Shown here piece after piece: positions 60,942 through 64,000 of a stretch of DNA of 64,000 bases. Positions within the stretch are counted from its first letter, which is position 1; each line of letters opens with the position of its first letter. Made by a program: the position numbers and the translations under genes. The stretch spans positions 86,492-150,491 of the forward strand of contig JBCNUW010000001.1 of the NCBI GenBank assembly GCA_039630575.1, read 5' to 3'. This stretch comes from Candidatus Hydrothermales bacterium. GTDB lineage: Bacteria; Hydrothermota; Hydrothermia; Hydrothermales; JAJRUZ01. The notes beneath the pieces are model-generated. The model saw only the letters and a list, made by a program, of their open reading frames with translations. It had not been told where the DNA came from and did no database searches.

Positions 60942-61585
60942 TATCTTCCTCCCAATATAATAAGTACTCCTCCAAGTAAAATTGCCCAAATACCTTCAGG
61001 TGGAAAGAATCCAGAATACCCTAAGGTTATAAATGGTCCCTGTAACCACCTTTCAAAAGAAAATTGGTAACCTGCTGAAAAAATAAATCCAGGAGAAAAA
61101 TTACTTATTTTTCCCTTTGTTACTTCCTTTATAAATGGGTAGGATATCTGAAGACCCCCTCTTATGAAAGGATAAAGTAACGTAGTAAAACTTGCATCTT
61201 TTAAACCAAATGCTTGCGAGTTAAGTATTCCCAAACCTATACCAACTATGGGATAAACATATGGTCTTACCTTTTGAAAGGGTAAAATTCCAAAATTAAA
61301 AGAACCTTGAAAATAGGTAAATTTTGTCTCAACAGCTTTATAAGTATCAGGAGGACTGTAAAGTTCAGCTTTGCCTTTCCATGTATATCCTGCTTGAAAG
61401 GATGCAGTGATTATGGCATTTTGGTCTCTCGATATAGCATCAAAGGAAAGACCTATCATCGGATCATCAGGATAGGGAGCTTTTATACTTTTTAATTCAT
61501 CCTCTAACATTGGCATATCCCCCTTATAGAGGGAAACAGCACATGACAGTAGATTTAAAAAGAAAATTAGCTTTAAATTTTTCAT
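60941..61585 (-). CDS. lipoprotein, paralog B
   Basis: MKNLKLIFFLNLLSCAVS lipobox; YPIVGIGLGIL; 214 aa. Confidence 0.55.
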   Translation of the reverse strand: MKNLKLIFFLNLLSCAVSLYKGDMPMLEDELKSIKAPYPDDPMIGLSFDAISRDQNAIITASFQAGYTWKGKAELYSPPDTYKAVETKFTYFQGSFNFGILPFQKVRPYVYPIVGIGLGILNSQAFGLKDASFTTLLYPFIRGGLQISYPFIKEVTKGKISNFSPGFIFSAGYQFSFERWLQGPFITLGYSGFFPPEGIWAILLGGVLIILGGR

Positions 61586-61671
61586 TTCTCACCCCCATTA
61601 AAAAATTAGCAAATTTCATACCATCTTTATTATAAAAAAATGCACAAATTTTATTCAAAAAATTTAAAAAT

Positions 61672-63111
61672 CTAATCTATTTTAATAACAACAATCTTTT
61701 CATCAACAAAGTCTCTTAATGCATATTTTGGTCCCTCTCTTCCAAGACCCGAACCTTTAACTCCTCCGTAGGGCATATGATCTACTCTAAAAGATGGTAT
61801 GTCATTTATTATCACACCACCAACTTCAATTTTTCTTGAGAGTGTTAATGCTCTTTTAAGATTATTAGTCAAAATTCCACATTGTAGACCATACTCAGAA
61901 TTGTTAACTTTGAAAACCAGTTCATCCTCTGTTACAAACTCATTACAGACAGCAAGTGGAGCAAAAGCCTCTTTGGCACAAACATCACAGTCTTCCGGAG
62001 CATCAACAATTAAAAGAGGATATAAAAAGGAACCTTCTCTCTTTAATTCTGGTAGAACTTTTGCTCCTCTTTCGATTGCTCTTCTTACCATTTCTTCTGC
62101 TTTTATAGCAGCATCTTCGGAGATCATGGGTCCCATATCAGTATCTTCTTTCAGTTGATCTCCAACTTTTAAATTTTTTAAAGCCCTTATATAGTCATCG
62201 ATAAACTTTTCTTTAATTTTTTTTTCAACATAAATTCTTTGAATGGAAATACAGACTTGTCCTGCAATTGAATAAGCTCCTTTTAATATTCTGTCGAGTA
62301 TTACTTTGTAATCAAAATCTGAAAATACACATAAAGCTGAGTTTGAACCAAGTTCAAAAGTCTTTTTCTTTAATCCAGCAATTTTAGATATTCTCTCTCC
62401 AACTTCCTTTGAACCTGTAAAGCTTATATGCCTTATTCTTTGATCTTTGCATAGGTATTCACCTACAGTTCCACCACCTCCTGTTAGGAATGAGAATCCT
62501 TCAGGAGGAAAACCTGCTTCTAAAACAATTTCAGTTATAATTTTTCCAGTCATAGGTGTAAAGCTTGACGGTTTAAAGATCACACTACAACCTGCTGCAA
62601 TGGCTGGAGCAATTTTATGAAGTGCAAGATTAAGTGGAAAATTAAAGGGTGTTATGGCTAGGACAAGTGGGTCAGGTTCCATAATTGTAAAAGCCATCCT
62701 CCCTTTTCCAAATTCAGAAGCATCCATAGGAATATACTCTCCATAGATCCTTTTTGCTTCTTCAGCGGAAAATGTAACAGTCTCAATTGCTCTTTTTGTT
62801 TCAAATCTTGCTTCATTAATTGTTTTCCCTGATTCAAGCGAAATAACTTTTGAAATTTCTTCAAATTTCTTTTCGATTAAATCTTTGACCTTTAAAAGAA
62901 TTTTATATCTTTCATAAGATGAAAGTTCTTTTACGAGGCTCCTTTTTTCTACAAGATAAGAGAGTGCCCTTTCAATCTGCTCATTAGTTGTTTCAGGAAA
63001 TTCGTATAAAATTTCTTTAGTTCCCTTTTTATAAACAGAAAAAAACTTACTTCCCTCTTGCCATTTTCCTTCAAAAAAAATTTTCTCTTTCATATTTACC
63101 TCCTTATGCAA
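61672..63111 (-). CDS. aldehyde dehydrogenase family protein (NAD(P)+)
   Basis: FTGSKEVGERI, ELGSNSA (Glu), catalytic AGQVCISIQR Cys motif; 479 aa. Confidence 0.85.
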   Translation of the reverse strand: MHKEVNMKEKIFFEGKWQEGSKFFSVYKKGTKEILYEFPETTNEQIERALSYLVEKRSLVKELSSYERYKILLKVKDLIEKKFEEISKVISLESGKTINEARFETKRAIETVTFSAEEAKRIYGEYIPMDASEFGKGRMAFTIMEPDPLVLAITPFNFPLNLALHKIAPAIAAGCSVIFKPSSFTPMTGKIITEIVLEAGFPPEGFSFLTGGGGTVGEYLCKDQRIRHISFTGSKEVGERISKIAGLKKKTFELGSNSALCVFSDFDYKVILDRILKGAYSIAGQVCISIQRIYVEKKIKEKFIDDYIRALKNLKVGDQLKEDTDMGPMISEDAAIKAEEMVRRAIERGAKVLPELKREGSFLYPLLIVDAPEDCDVCAKEAFAPLAVCNEFVTEDELVFKVNNSEYGLQCGILTNNLKRALTLSRKIEVGGVIINDIPSFRVDHMPYGGVKGSGLGREGPKYALRDFVDEKIVVIKID

Positions 63112-63138
63112 AATAGTTTATAATTTTATGAAAATCTA

Positions 63139-64000
63139 TGGGAAATATAAAAATAGTTTCAGCTGAAAATGATAGAGATTTAGAACTTTTTATAAAAACT
63201 CAAAGTGAAATTTATAAGAGTTTACCACTTGTTGGATATGTAGAACCTTTAAAAGTTTTAGAGATGAATCATTTAAATCCAAGAGGTCACAATCCTCTTT
63301 TCAAGAAAATGTTTGTAAGGTATTTTATTGCTTTAAAGAATGATAAACCTGTAGGAAGGATTAGTGCATATAAGGTTTTTCATAAGGTTTTTGGTATTGA
63401 CGAAAAGATTACAGGTTTTTTTGGACATTTTGAATCAATTCCTGATAAGGAAGTTGCTTCATTGTTGCTTGAAAGTGCGCAGAGTTTCCTTAAAAGTTTA
63501 AATTGTGAAAAAATAATAGGTCCTGCGAGTTTTGCATATGATGGTGTTTACGGTGTTCAAATCAAAGGTTTTGAATATCTTCCGATGGTTATGACTCCCT
63601 GGAATCCTGAGTACTATTCTGATCTCATTGAAGAATGTGGATATAAGAAAATGATAGATTTTTTGGGTTGGTTTATCCCTTTATACGTAATCCATCCAAG
63701 ACTATCTAAAATTGTGAGTGTAGAAGATAGACTCTATAGAGAAAATGGTATAAAAATTAGAAAGGCAAATTTAAAAAATTTTAAAGAGGAACTTAAGAAG
63801 GTAAAGGATATATACAATAGTGCTTGGGAAAACAATTTTGGAACAGTTCCTCTTGAAGAGGAGGATATTGAGTACATAGCAGAGAATCTAAAACCTTTAA
63901 TTGTGAATGATGGGGCATTAATTTCAGAGATAAAAGGTGAACCTGTAGGAGTTGCCATAGGAATTCCTAATTTTCTTGAAGCGATAAGGGATTTTAAGGG
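63139..64000 (+). CDS. hypothetical protein, 3' end beyond window; possibly a GNAT-like acyltransferase
   Basis: ORF open from ATG 63139 to the window end (MGNIKIVSAENDRDLELF...), codon usage like neighbours; no firm motif. Confidence 0.5.

Noticed and set aside
63734-63958. 74-aa minus-strand ORF at the window end
   Set aside because: It lies inside the better-supported plus-strand ORF starting at 63139 and has S/F-rich shadow composition

Overview
This is a low-GC (~30%), gene-dense bacterial chromosomal segment with overlapping, translationally coupled operons and frequent TTG/GTG starts. The gene content suggests a diderm, probably thermophilic bacterium: a class V FBP aldolase/phosphatase, PPDK, RtcB, an OmpA-C protein, a TonB-C domain, type IV pilins, PBP1A and a CcmF-like protein. 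Housekeeping genes I recognise: malic enzyme (5' part), ruvX, cysC, fbp-ptsH-ptsI, rimO, a phoB/phoR-like two-component pair followed by pstC-pstA-pstB-phoU, trxB, tsaD, recF-DUF721-gyrB, pyrR, aspS, ribD, ppdK, rtcB, thiD, ponA-like PBP1A, htrA, fsa-type transaldolase and an aldehyde dehydrogenase. The most unusual locus is a three-gene minus-strand operon (18172-23959). It encodes a small Zn-ribbon class III cyclase domain that keeps the metal-binding Asp pair but lacks the Asn/Arg transition-state residues. Next is a 744-aa HEAT-repeat protein. Last is a 980-aa Zn-ribbon / degenerate-cyclase / STAND NTPase / TPR protein whose cyclase domain lacks the Asps but keeps GDxVNxAxRL. By eye the two cyclase domains look like complementary halves of a heterodimeric cyclase. 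Other points of interest: an SBP family-5 domain fused through a Pro/Glu/Lys linker to a TonB C-terminal domain; a recurring T-arm-like motif GGTTCAA(A/T)TCC 19-31 nt upstream of five start codons; three perfect 11-bp direct repeats between the phoR-like gene and pstC; a sigma54-type -24/-12 element upstream of a GC-rich pilin gene; and two conserved genes (ruvX, a Wzx-like flippase) whose N-termini extend upstream of any ATG/GTG/TTG. I found no rRNA, tRNA, CRISPR array or obvious mobile element.
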